NCBI RefSeq assembly: GCF_009834535.1
Contig: NC_045697.1
Coordinates: 54,686,001-54,750,000, forward strand
DNA from: Camelus ferus
Lineage: Eukaryota
Reading direction: 5' to 3'
DNA: 64,000 bases
Shown here: piece after piece, positions 1 to 11,783 of the stretch
How the letters are laid out: the number at the start of each line of letters is the position of its first letter
Numbering within the stretch: position 1 is the first letter of the stretch
Position numbers and translations under genes: made by a program
The notes under the pieces: generated by a model
Seen by the model: only the letters and a program-made list of their open reading frames with translations
Databases searched by the model: none
What the model was told of the DNA's origin: nothing

Positions 1-574
1 TTGAATTGGTTCACAATGAGTATGTTCATGATTGAAAGCCTATTAACTTTTTGGAAAGCATATACATTGCTAAGGAGAATGCTTAATAACCCAAATTAGT
101 ATCTAATTTACAGACTTTTAGGCAAAAGAACAAGGTGAGATGACACACAAACAGCTATGTTTAGTAATGATATCAGGCAGAAGAGGGCTGGCTAGGCCCG
201 ATGAACTTTACTTGGGAAACTGTTCCCAGCGTGAGAGGCAATAGAATTGCCTTTACCTTTTTAAAACTTCTTTCCACCCTCTCTTCCAAACCAGTAAGTT
301 CTCTACAAGCACATAAGTGTTCTCTGAACTGCTTTTATGTTCCAGTAAAATAGAGCATAGGACAAGAATGATGACAGCCGTTCGTGTGAATGGGCCATTG
401 CTAAGTCAGGGACTGCTTGCCGGGGAGATAGACTTTGTTACAGAGGAAGTTAGTTTTGGCAGAGCAACTCAAGTTCAAATGTAGAAACTTGAATGGCTTG
501 TGTGGGGATGAATCACACATCCAGGATCAGTTTCTGGATGAACCCCATGAATTTAAAACTAGACTCTGGATTGA

Positions 575-600
575 TGTGTGTGTGTGTGTGTGTGAGAGAG
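575..600. repeat. (TG)10 microsatellite running into (GA)n
   Basis: Directly visible tandem dinucleotides. Confidence 0.95.
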
Positions 601-1274
601 TGGGAAGGGGGAGGCTGGAAAATGTGGAGTGTTGAGTGAGCAAGAAGGGACAAGATTGGCAATGAGCCATCCTCTGTCATCTCTGGAGAACAAGAGTAAC
701 CCTCTTTTCCTTCCTTCCTCCCTACTTCTCTCCGTCCCCCTACCTTCCTAGCTCTCTCTGCCTCTTTCCTGTCCTTCATGTAAGAATATTTATTGACCAC
801 CTTCCATACACCTGGCCTCTTTTCTACAGTTTTGTTGCATTTGGATATTAATTTTGTTCTGAAACCACACCAGATTGTGAGTCAGTAAGACCCCAGTTTT
901 CCTTGATTTTCCATAATTAACCAATGCCCAAGGGTTGGTGGTTGTTTTTGTGATCCAGGGATGTTTAAGGGTTAATTCCTTAATAAAAATGAAGTAGCTC
1001 TCCTTATCAATTTCTTCTACATAGGGCATCAAAGCAATGAAATTTTTAATGACAGACCTTCTCAGTAGATTACTCGATGAAAAGAATAAATTGAGGAATT
1101 GTGGCTCAACAGTGACAAAATAAGACCTGGACAAAAATTTGACTTATAACCGACTGATTCATATACATTTCTTTAATTTTTTTTCATATTCTAGGATTGA
1201 GTTTGGGTTTCAGATGGTTGTTTATTTTTAATATATCTCTTTCCAATTCTGGAGTGACTTTTAGATTATGATAA

Positions 1275-1480
1275 TGGCGAACATTTATTGTGCTCTTGGT
1301 AGGTACGGACATTGCACTGAGCCCTTGACAGCAACCTGTGAGATAGGTACTGTTATCTACACTTTCCAGACAGGGAAACAAAGTTGAGAAAGGTCAAGTC
1401 TTTTGCTCAAGGTCGTTTAGAGAGTAGGTAATAAAACCTGTCTTAGGAGCCCAGAGCCCCAGTCTCAGCAATATACCTTT
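1275..1480 (-). mobile_element. MIR SINE fragment
   Basis: Reverse MIR core: aacatttattgtgctc...acagcaacctgtgagataggtactgttatc...acagggaaacaaag...ttgctcaaggtc. Confidence 0.75.
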
Positions 1481-1917
1481 CTTCTGATTCTAAGAATATA
1501 GACGTTTAGAATAAGAGTTCTGTCTATGCTGTTAAGAATGAGTTATACCTATGTCTGTGTATATCTCATTGACCATATCACGTGTACATTTTTCAATTTT
1601 ATTAAATTACTTTTGGACATGAATGAAATTGGTAAAAGGGCTAAAATTCATTCTGCCTTAAATGGAAATTTTCTCCTGTATTAGGAAAAAGAGATCGGTA
1701 AAAACTGTCCTGATACTTTCTTCTCTTTTTGTATTGCTATTCTGAGCAAGAGCAAGATGGGTTTCTGACCTCTTTTTCTTGCCTTCTACTTAAATGGTAT
1801 TATCTGACAGCCACACAGAGATTAGCCAGTGTAAGGAAAATCAAAGCTATTTCCTATTTGAAAAGGTTACTGAGGTAAATTATTTTTTCTCCTCTGGAGA
1901 TCTTTTAAACAAACTAA

Positions 1918-1919
<2 letters not shown>

Positions 1920-1958
<39 letters not shown>
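1920..1958. repeat. (CA)n microsatellite
   Basis: Directly visible. Confidence 0.95.
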
Positions 1959-1961
<3 letters not shown>

Positions 1962-2255
1962 ATATGTTCATTTCAGAAAAATAAGAAACCTCTAGGGAAC
2001 TTTAAGGCCAGAATAGATTCTCTTACCTGCCTGAATGTGTAAAGTAAAGTGGATAATCTTTGTTCTTTGTAACTCTGATACTTTTCTTTTGTAGAGGTTA
2101 CTGCCCAGTTCTGTGGACAATGCATAGAATCACAATAAAAGACTTTAGTTTCTGTCCTAAGACCTTTGATTATATGGCAGAGCAATGATTTTAGTCATGC
2201 CTTTGACTTTTGAAAAACAGAAGTTAAGATTTGCTGGGTTAAGGCTGCACATTTT

Positions 2256-2449
2256 TTTTTTAACATTTTTTATTGATTTATAATCATTTTACAATGTTGT
2301 GTCAAATTCCAGTGTTCAGCACAATTTTTCAGTCATTCATGGACATATACACACTCATTGTCACATTGTTTTCTCTGTGAGTTATCATAACATTTTGTGT
2401 ATATTTCCCTGTGGGATAGACTGGGATTTCAATTGTAGAATAGATAAAA
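2256..2449 (-). mobile_element. Young, very short L1 3' end (camelid-type) with 5' inversion
   Basis: Poly-T start; perfect 15-bp TSD aaggctgcacatttt (2241-2255 / 2450-2464); 2414-2449 is in the opposite orientation relative to the sibling copy at 23413-23605. Confidence 0.9.
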
Positions 2450-2634
2450 AAGGCTGCACATTTTCAGAACCACACAAAGCCATGTTCTCTCTATGGTTCA
2501 TGTTATTTCTTTGGGAGTAAGTTAAGATTTTGTAGAAGATGGTTAACTATGTGAAGTGACTGGGAAAATAGGATGCAGTGCCCTTTCTAAGGAACATAGT
2601 GATACAACTTGCCCGGAGTAATCTAATTTCTTTT

Positions 2635-2774
2635 TATTTTTTATTTATTTAAAAAAATGTATTTGGTGGGGGGATTAATTAATTTATTTATTTTTAAAGG
2701 AGGTACCAGGGATCAAACCCAGGACCTTGTGCTTGCTAAGCTTGTGCTCTACCACTTGAGCTATAACCTCCCCC
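2635..2774 (-). mobile_element. tRNA-derived SINE (camelid Vic-1-like)
   Basis: Reverse A/B-box head (gggatcaaacccagg...ctctaccacttgagctata), AT-rich tail, TSD ctaatttctttt / ctgatttctttt. Confidence 0.85.
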
Positions 2775-2838
2775 CTGATTTCTTTTAAAAATAGTGTAGA
2801 TGATCTACTAAGATTCTCTTACCAATTTTCTTTGTTAT

Positions 2839-3645
2839 TGTGGTAGGTAGAATAATATTGTCCCAAAAGTTCATGTTTCAATACCCCAGAACTGTGAATA
2901 TATTAGTTTATGTGGTGAAAGAAATTTTGCTGGTGTGATTAAGTTAAGGATTTTCAGACAGGGAGATTATCCTGGGTTACCTAGGTTGGCCCATATAATC
3001 ATAAGGATTCTTACAAGGGAAAGAAAGACGCAGGAGAGTGAGGGCCGGAGTTAGAGAGGTTTGAAGATGCCCCACCACTGGAATTTGAAGATAAAGGGAC
3101 CATGAGCTAAGGAAAGGAGACAACCTCTGGAAGCTGAAAAATCCAAGGAGATGGGTTTTCCCCTAGATCCTTCAAAAAGAATGCAGCCCTTCCAGCATCT
3201 TGATTTGAGCCCATTTCTGTGGTCTAAATGTTTGCATCCCCTCCAAATTCATACAAAATCTTAATGCTCAATGTGATGGTATTAGGAGGTAGGGCCTTTG
3301 GGAGATGATTAGGTCATGAGGGTGAAGCCCTCATGAATGGGATTAGTGCCCTTATAACAGAGACCCCACAGAACTCCCTAGCCCTTTCCTCATGTGAGGA
3401 TGCAGTGTGAAGTCTGCAACCCAGAAGGGCACCCTCACCCAATCTTCAGCTTCAGCCTCCAGAACTGCAAGATAAAAATTTCTGTTGTTTATAAGCTACC
3501 GTCTATGGTATTTTGTTATAACAGCCCAAATGGACCAAGACATCCACTAAACCCACTTCAGTTCTGACCTTAACATTTTAAAAAGTAATTGATTTAAGCT
3601 ATTAAGTGTGTGGTAATTTGTTACAGCAGCAATAGGAAACTGGTA
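2839..3645 (+). mobile_element. MaLR LTR (MLT1D-like) with a second MaLR LTR (MLT1A-like, ~3215-3542) nested inside
   Basis: tgtggtaggtagaataat start and ggtaatttgttacagcagcaataggaaact end; the inner element runs ctgtggtctaaatgtttg...gttataacagcccaaatggaccaagaca. Confidence 0.8.
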
Positions 3646-4151
3646 CTTACCACGGATTGTAACAATGGCTATGGCACTGGCATTAAACCTATCAGCATAG
3701 AAGCAAGATGTCTGAAAGTAATCTAATGTGTGTAAATGATCTTGTTGGTACTGAAGTTAGAGATAATGTCAATTTGGAGAATATTGTATTTGTTATTTGT
3801 ATTTCTACATTTGCCTCTGACTAAAAAATCTGGGGTTGGTAAACCACCTGGAGAGGTGATTTGTGCCACTGTGTTCCAAACAGATACTAAAAGGTAATCA
3901 AATGAGGAGGGGAAGGATAAAGGAAGAAACCATGTTGTATATTTTTATCTAAAAGGATTAATTAAAGTTAAAATCAATCATGTACATAATTTCAGAAAAA
4001 CTTTGGGTGACCTAAGTTTCTAGGTCTAGTTTTCTGAGATCCCTAACTGCATAACAAATACCTACATGTGAAAATTTAAAAATAACGGGCTCTCTGTTAC
4101 CTGAGACAGTCTTAATCAGCATTTTATTTGTTAGTGTATCTGAATACACCT

Positions 4152-4337
4152 TGTGAGATAATGGGAAAAATAGGTATTGGTCTCTGTCCCTTGTTTCTGG
4201 CGTAAAGTTCCTAAGTCCCTTGGGATTTCCTGGGTGATACCAGTGTCTTCTGCTCTAATGAGGTGACCCTTTGTGGGCTCCTCAATGGGGGCTGGTTGCT
4301 AGGAAGACCAAACCATTATTAGAAGCTTGGAATTTTC
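4152..4337 (+). mobile_element. MER21-type LTR, 5' fragment
   Basis: Shares cccttgggatttcctgggtgata and atgggggctggtt...accattattagaagcttggaatttt with the fuller copy at 18024-18822. Confidence 0.7.
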
Positions 4338-5249
4338 TGGATAATAGACAGATGGCCATGTAAGTAACTTTACTGCACTTTGAAAGTGCACTCATGCTGG
4401 CTTTGGGAGGCGATGGTGATAGTGAGCCTCCTTTTTCCTTTCTGTCCTTCATTTCATCCCACTTTGCCTTTCATTGACAAGCTTGCTAATTTCTTTCTTT
4501 TTTATCTAGAGGGTACAAACCTGTATACTATGACTAATGCTGCTTTTCCTCTTTCCTGTTTATTTTCTCATTCCCTTCTGTGAGGGGATCTGGAGGATAG
4601 TTCTGTTTTATATGTCTTGGACCTGATTTTTTTCCGTAGGAAGCACAAGTGAATGAGAAAAATATGGTTTCAATATCAGAATTTTGCTTTAAAGACAACT
4701 TTCAATAATGAACCCTGTTTATTTTATTGAAGAGTATCAGTATGATTTTGTTTCTGCTCTGTGCAAAGTGTTCCAATTTGACATCTATTGTTTGTTACTT
4801 TTAATGTTCTCATTAACCCCACATTTCTGAATGAGCTAAATTATTTCAGCATCTAAAACTGAAGATCAACGAAGTTGCTGCTCCAGCATATTCCAGTGGC
4901 TTGAAGGAGCTAATGTGGTTTCCAAAGGTGCCTATTTAGAAGAAGCTAAATGACCACAGACATCAGGCATAAGCAAGTGTGCAATACAAATAGCATAGCT
5001 GGGAATGGGAATAATCAATCAAAACCCCCCAAAACATCCATTTAAATCTTGAGGATGTAATACAGATTCTATTGTAGAAGCTTAATGAATCATTAATTGG
5101 AAAACTGTGGAAAAGGTACTTTCTTCCCTGGATTCTTCCCCTCCCTATACTGTTTTCCCTTCTCAGTCTTCCTTTTGCCTGCCCTTTAAATCGCTCCCCT
5201 TGGGACTTTCTTGACCTGTTCTGTTTTTACTCTTTAAGTTCTTCCTTAA

Positions 5250-5745
5250 TCTTATCTGTTCTCATGATGTGACAGAGATTACTCTTTGTTGAATCAGTAT
5301 CCACACATCCCTCTTCCTTGGTAGCTGAACCCTGATTTTATACATGGGGTTAATGGACTCAGCTAAAAGATTACATTTCCTAACTTCTAGTGTACCGAGG
5401 TGGGGCCCTGCATCTAAGATCTGGCTAAGGACTTGCAAGCAGGAGTACGCTGTGAGATTTCAGGGGAGATTCTGAAAAGGTGCTAGGAAATGCCCTCTCC
5501 TGCCCTCCTTGCCTTCGTTCAGCTGCCTGGAATGCAGGCAAGATAGACAGAGCTTGTGGAGCCACATGGGGTACCAGGACATGACCTTGAGGATGGAAAC
5601 CATATGCTGAGGATGGTGGTGCAGAACACTGAGAGCCTCTCCCTGGGACAGCTTATATCAGCCCTGGACTCCACACATCTGGATCTGGAGAAACTGATTT
5701 TTAGTCTGGTTGAAGTACATCATATCCAGGCAAACATAACGTAAT
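5250..5745 (+). mobile_element. Ancient ERVL/MaLR-class LTR (LTR16-like) inserted in L2
   Basis: cagctaaaagattacatttcc, gctgcctggaatgcag, gaccttgaggatggaaaccatatgctgaggatgg motifs. Confidence 0.65.
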
Positions 5746-6600
5746 TGATAAACATACATTTTTGTGCTGATGCCTACCATATCTTTGTCTCTAAACTTGC
5801 CCTTCTGACTCTCAGATTCATATGTTAAAATAATTACTGGGCATTTTTCATATTGATGTCCCATAAGCACCTAAACATTATCTTCTCCTGACTGAACTCA
5901 TGATATCTTCCACTTCCCTTCCTCACCTGCCCCCATTGTGTTTGGAATTTTACCACCAGTCTTGTTATCCAAGGAGAACACACATAGTAGTCCAGGATCT
6001 CTCATCTTCCTCTCCCATCACATCCAGTTGGTTATCAGATCCTCTGTTGTTTTTTCCCTCATAAATATTTACCATGTTTGTCTCCCAAGTCTCTATCCTG
6101 CTCATGTAACCCCAGTTCAGTTTCTCATCTTTGCCAACCTGTTCGAGTTACTTGAGAAGAAATTCTGCCTTCAGTTCTGCCCTCCTCACAGCTAGTTTTT
6201 ACATGATGTCAAAAGGGATTTATTTAAAAAGCAAATGGGATCACATCTCTTGCTTAAAACATTTCAAGAGCCCTACAGCAACGGGCCCTTGATCTTGGTA
6301 CACTGGGCCATGATCTACTCCCACTGATCGTGTAATTTTCATCACTGCTACTCTCTGTCCTGTAGTTCATACTCCAGGAACCCTGCGATTTGTAGTGTCT
6401 ATAACATGCATGGTTTTTCATGCTTCTGTGCCTTTGGTCATGCCATTCTCTTTGCTTGGATTCTCCTCCCCATCCCTTCCATAACTAATCTTTCTTTTAT
6501 ATAATGTTTATTCTTCCTGACTTAGTTTGGTCTCATCTCCTCTGGGAAGGCTTCCTGGACTGCCATCCCCACTGGCAGGATTGGGTGGTGCCCCCACCCC
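5745..6600 (+). mobile_element. L2 LINE fragment
   Basis: ctcagattcatatg...gatgtcccataagcacctaaac...tcacatctcttgcttaaaac...catctcctctgggaaggcttcctggac, typical of the L2 3' region. Confidence 0.75.
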
Positions 6601-6664
6601 AAGCCAGTTTTCAGGGAAGGAGCTGAGAGGATGAGAAAAGAGGAGGAAAGGGATACTGAAGTAC

Positions 6665-6850
6665 CATGGCTGAATTTAGCACATGAAAGTATAGGGTGCC
6701 CAGTCAAATGTGAATTTAATAAAAAATAAATACTTTTTAAAGTATAAATATGTCCCATGCAATATATGGGACACACCTATACTAAAAAGGCGTTATTTAT
6801 TTAAAATTCAAACTTATCTGAGCATCTTGTATTTTACCTGGTGATCTCAT
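6665..6850. mobile_element. MER53 palindromic MITE
   Basis: Long imperfect inverted repeat centred on tatgtcccatgcaatatatgggacacac, with cccagtcaaatgtgaattt / aaattcaaacttatctgag arms. Confidence 0.8.
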
Positions 6851-6995
6851 ATGAAGACATGTTAGCTTAGTTCTTTTTTTTTTGCCTGGGGTCCTTGTGG
6901 CCTCACTTACGAAAATATCAATGCTAAAGAATTGGTCAGTTTTAAACATCATTAGAGTCTACCCCTTGATCCTTCGTGCCAAAGGTGGGGGCGGG

Positions 6996-7001
<6 letters not shown>

Positions 7002-7037
<36 letters not shown>

Positions 7038-7112
7038 AAGAGAGAGAGAGAGAGAAAGAGAGAACAATAAGGGAAAGAGAAAGAAGAAGATAAAGAAAAA
7101 GAAAAAGAGAGA
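7002..7112. repeat. (GA)n / purine-rich simple repeat
   Basis: Directly visible. Confidence 0.9.
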
Positions 7113-7870
7113 TTCTGTCCTAAGAGAAGGAGCAAATTTGCAAGAGCATCTACTTCCTTTACGTGCACAGCCGTCCCCTTTAGAGAGGGGCAAACAGGAA
7201 ACAAATCATATCCTTGTCTACCAGATACTAATGGAGCTTGCTGAAGTATCATTCTGAATCATTCTCTTCTAAGCGGAAGAAAATGCTCTAGCAGCTCCCT
7301 AGAGGCCTCAGAAGGCAGCAGGGGGCAGGAATGTAGCCCCAGGAGTGGCTTCTCTTAACAAGGCAATTGCTGAGACACTTTGTCTGCAGGGTACAGATGA
7401 GCTCCACCAGGCTTGGACTAGGAGGGAACTAACATTTCTTAAGTATCTACCATATGACATATTATGTGGCCATTTCCTTAAAGGTCTGCAAACCCATACT
7501 TAGAAATGTGGTGTGTGATTCTGACACCTTTCTGTTGGGAATGAGATCATAGGCACTTGGATGCAGGATCTGCTTTTACAATGTAGAGTGTTAGTTAATA
7601 AATTTATTTATAAAAATGAAGTTATCAGTAAATTATACCAGGCATTTTCATATTGTATAAATATGAACTTCTAAAATAATGAACTCTGAACACTTAAAAT
7701 CTGAATGATTAACACTAGGACTGGATTTTCCCTAGTTATTTTAGGTGGGTCTAACCACCTAGTCCACTGCGACTTATAAATTTCCTTTTTCCCTGTGACA
7801 GAGCTATTGCTAACTCACAGTGCCTCTGTGTTAGGTCTGCTCAGTCTCTTGCTCTGCTCCCTCCTCACAG

Positions 7871-7927
7871 CTGGAATTGCAACAGATGGGGTTAGCCAAG
7901 GCAGAGAAAGAGATGAAATTAACACAG
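7871..7927 (+). other. Candidate 57-nt internal exon (unassigned gene)
   Basis: Acceptor tctcttgctctgctccctcctcacag, donor CAG|gtaatg, length divisible by 3, two open frames (LELQQMGLAKAEKEMKLTQ or GIATDGVSQGRERDEINT). Peptide not recognised. Confidence 0.3.
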
Positions 7928-9190
7928 GTAATGAGCAGTGGTTTTACTGATGAAGGAATTTTAGTTCATTTGGGAAAATTCCAGACGCTCAAGACCTGCA
8001 GTAAGATAAATCAAAACCTAGTTTTGGGAAATAAAAGAGGTATAGCTGCAATGTAACATTTATCTAGAGCCAGCATCATGCTTAACACGGCATGAGGTCG
8101 TGGGGCAGCTTGGGTGTTGGCTGCTGTTTCTAGTTTGTTATCTAAGATAAAAGCTTTTGGAACCACTTCATATTTTAATTGGTTCATATGGGCATCTAAA
8201 AAGTGCATTTAGTTAAGAGGATCCACTTGTTCCTTAGAGGCTGACGGTTTCTATTTCTTTAGATCTACTTGGGAAGCAAGGGGGCAGGCTTATGTCACCT
8301 GTGACTTAAATGTCAAAAAGGAGCTAGTTGCTGTTTTCACAATGACTGGGGCACTGGTACTTTAATGTTCCTCACAATCCTTCCTGCCCTTTGTTCCTTC
8401 CTTCCTTCTTCCCTCCTTCTCTTCTTCCTTCCTCTCTGTCTCCTTCCACAGTATTTACTAGGTTTCTACTATTATTCTTGGTAGACACATCAATGAACAA
8501 AACAGACAAAAATCTCTGCACCTGGTACATTCTCAACAGGGAGATCTTCAACAAGATGAATTTGAATCTACATAGTATGTTAGATAAGTGACAGGAATTG
8601 AGGAGAAAACTAAACTGGAGGAGAAAGATCGTGTGTATGGTTGTGAGTTTCAGAGAGAGTGGTATAGAAGCCCTCATGAAGAAGGTGGCATCTGAGGAAA
8701 GATCTGAGGAGGTGAGTCATGCAGATTTCTATGGGAAGAACATTTTAGGAAGAGTGACCAGCAAGAGCAAGGGCCCTGGCATCTTTGAGAAATAGGAGCA
8801 AGTAGGCCAGTGTAAAGAAGATGGCACATAGAGAGATGAAGCCAGAAAAGGGTTGGGGTGCTGGATTGTGCAGGGCCTTGAGGTCTCTGTAAGGACTTTT
8901 GACTTTGCTCTAAGTGAGATGGGAAGTCGTTTGAGGGTTTTGAGCAGAGGAGTTACATGAACTGACTTCTGTCTTAAAGGGGTTGTTTGGGCTGCTCTTT
9001 TGACAATAGATGGAAGAAAGGCAAGGGCACCAGCAGGGATGCTAGTCAGGAGGCTGTGTCAACCAGCTAACAAGATGTGATGGTGACAGGGACCAGGTGG
9101 CAGCAGAGGAGGTTTAAGAATTAGTTGGATTCTGTATCTATTTTGAAAGTAGAGCTAATAAGATTTGCTAGTGGATTACGTGTGTGGTGT

Positions 9191-9737
9191 TGAGGTGGGA
9201 AGCCCCATAAAAAGACTGGCAGGATCCCTAGGCAGGGCCGCTGCTATCCTCCCAGCACCGACCGGTTCCCTGGCCCAGAGGCTCTATCTCACTCTTTGCC
9301 TCTAAAGCGGCTAACTTACACCTAAAATTCTATTGGTTCCCTGAGCTCATTTCTGATTGGTTATTTCCTTCACTCCTGATTGGTTATTTCTCTCACTCCT
9401 GATTGGTCCATTCCCCTCACTCCTGATTGGTTATTTCTCTCACTCCTGATTGGCCTGTTTCTACAAAGCTTGTTCCTGGTTGGTCAACTTCTGTTATACT
9501 TTATTTGCATATGATGTTGCAAAGTGTAAAACTGGCAGCCTATAAAAGGCCTGTGTAAACCTACAGATGGGGTCCAGAGCTTGAAGTGTTAACTCCTTTG
9601 GGCGTGCTGGAATAATAAACCTGAGTTCTCCAACTCTCCAAGTGCTGCTTGGTCTCTCGCCCGGTTCCAGGTTGCTGTCACAACTGAGGTGTAACACCAA
9701 GCTGTAACACTGAACTGTAACACATTTTTCTGTGACA
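9191..9737 (+). mobile_element. Young ERV1 (gamma-like) solo LTR, 547 bp
   Basis: TG...CA ends, 4-bp TSD GTGT (9187-9190 / 9738-9741), TATAAAA at 9541, AATAAA at 9614, retained CpGs. Confidence 0.9.
9330..9547 (+). promoter_or_regulatory. LTR U3 promoter: six ATTGG (CCAAT) boxes at 23-24 bp period, octamer ATTTGCAT (9503-9510), TATA box (9541)
   Basis: Motifs directly visible; function inferred. Confidence 0.65.
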
Positions 9738-9919
9738 GTGTGAGAGAAAGAGAGAAGTCAAGCCGACTCCAAGATTTTGGGCCTGATTCTGAGATGGAGA
9801 AGACTGTACGGTGAGCAGATTGTGGTTGGAAATAGTGAAAGTTTAGTTTTGGGCATGTTAAGAAAGGAAGGAGGGAGAGGAGGAAGGGAGTCAAGGACAA
9901 AATGTTTTAAATTTAGTCA

Positions 9920-10080
9920 CATTGGGTCTAGTTCTAGTTCTACTACTCATTGCTGTGTTACCTTGGATATGAAATTTATCATCTCTAGGTCCTAGGAACC
10001 TCATCTATAAAACAGGAATAATTTCCACCCCCTAGGATTCCTATGGGGAAGTTCTGCATGAGGCATAAAATACCATGAGA
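9920..10080 (+). mobile_element. MIR fragment
   Basis: gctgtgttaccttggat...cctcatctataaaacaggaataat core. Confidence 0.7.
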
Positions 10081-11748
10081 AATGATAACATAGCCTCGGT
10101 GGGAAATGAAAAAGTATTTTGAAAATCAAGGGTAAATTGCAACAGATATTGATCTACATTTTACATTAAAAAAAGATTACTATGTTATATGTTAGGTTTA
10201 ACCAATATGGGTTATATTTTCTTTGATTATCCAAAAAAATCTTATATTAATGCAGCTAGTAGGTGCATAATTCTATGTTCTGCTCTAGGACCTAAATATT
10301 GGCAAAATGAAACATGAATACAGAAAGATTTAAAGTGAAAAGGAAATACAAAAATTTGCCATGTGGAATACAATAAGATAAATTTTTTCTATTACTGGTT
10401 TGCAAAATGCAATACAGGCAAAGGCATTACACCAATTTCTTCCAGAGTTATACACTGCCAGTGTAATACATTAAAAAAAATCGTTAAGTAGTCATTAGCA
10501 TTGTCTCATTTACCATGCACTTAGGTGGAGAAAGTCAATTGTTTTCCTAATTCTGGAATCCAGGCTGAGATACACAGTTCCACCTCTCCCAGAAGAGCTG
10601 GGATGAATTGGGACCACACAGGCAATATAATTCTAGTAACTTGTGTCCTGGAAATAGAAAGATTATCAAGTGAGAATAGAATTATGATTCTTAGAATAAT
10701 TTCTGCTTCTGCCAACAAACCTGCACAGTTAACAAAAATCTCATTCATAAGTATCCATAATAGAAAGGTGGAAGCCAGAGTATATCATCCACATCAGTGA
10801 AGTCCCTTGTAGCTTTCGGAAGAGTACGGCCCTGTGGACCAATGCACAGAATACCCACTGGACCACAAAGAATGTCCAGCCGAATGTAAACCTTGGTAGC
10901 TCAGAGATTTTTTAAAAAGCAAGATACTCTTTTGTATGTTTTCATCACCTTTCAGAGCAGGGGTAGAAAACAACATTTACAATGAATTGTTAACATTGGG
11001 ATCATCAATTAGCAAGCTGTGAAAATGCCTCATTTTTCCACTAGAAGCCCCACTTTTCTATCAAGCACCCCCTGTTACTCTTTCCTTGTTTCATCCCTCC
11101 CACCAGGGCACATACACTTCTTTTGCCCATCTGCTCCCATCACTCTTTCTCTTTTTCATTCTCCTAGACAGGTTTTTTTTTTTTTGAGCTTTAGTGGTGA
11201 AGAATAGTTTCTGAGTTTGAAGGGTTGCATTGCAGCTCATTTTCCGCTGTTTTCTTAGTGCCTGGAACTCACACACTGCAGGCACTCAGTAAGTGCTATT
11301 GAGTCACACAAAGGGCAACTAAATGTTCCAGAGCCATCCTGATTCTCCCTTGGGGAGACTAAATTGGCCATGAGGTAGATCTTAGAGAAGCTCTGCATAT
11401 GCAGCGAACGAAAGCTCACACAGCTGCTTTCATCAGTGCTGCTTTAGGAGAGTTATCGTGGTAAGTGGGCTTTTCAAATTTACAGCTCTTAAGTTGTTTT
11501 GTTCTTCAAAAACTGGAGAGCTGCTATGGACTGAATTGTGTTCCCCCTTCCTCAAATCAATCCTGCTCGACAGCTGCCAGGGTCATTTTCCTCCAGCCCC
11601 ACTTCCCTGGGCTCTGAATCTGCAGTGACTGTCTGGGTGGTTCCTGCTGAGGCTGGACTAAAACTAGCGGGACACCATTTTGTTCTTCCAGTTTTCTGCC
11701 TTTTCTACTCTGCATTTCCTCCCAGCGAGACACAATACAAAGGAGAAA

Positions 11749-11750
<2 letters not shown>

Positions 11751-11780
<30 letters not shown>
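11751..11780. repeat. (CA)15 microsatellite
   Basis: Directly visible. Confidence 0.95.

Positions 11781-11783
<3 letters not shown>

Larger units (their letters stand above)
8440..9865 (-). mobile_element. L2 LINE 3' portion, split by the LTR at 9191-9737
   Basis: Reverse L2 hallmarks (atgaacaaaacagacaaaaatc; gtaaggacttttgactttgctctaagtgagatgggaag; gtgtgagagaaagagagaagtcaag) are continuous across the LTR. Confidence 0.85.

Noticed and set aside
2700..2774. tRNA-like A/B boxes (also 39330-39399)
   Set aside because: SINE heads with tails and TSDs, not tRNA genes.
6882..7257. ORFs rich in ER/SL repeats
   Set aside because: Translations of the (GA)n simple repeat.
9330..9455. Regularly spaced short repeats superficially like a CRISPR array
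   Set aside because: Tandem units without unique spacers, inside an LTR in eukaryotic DNA.
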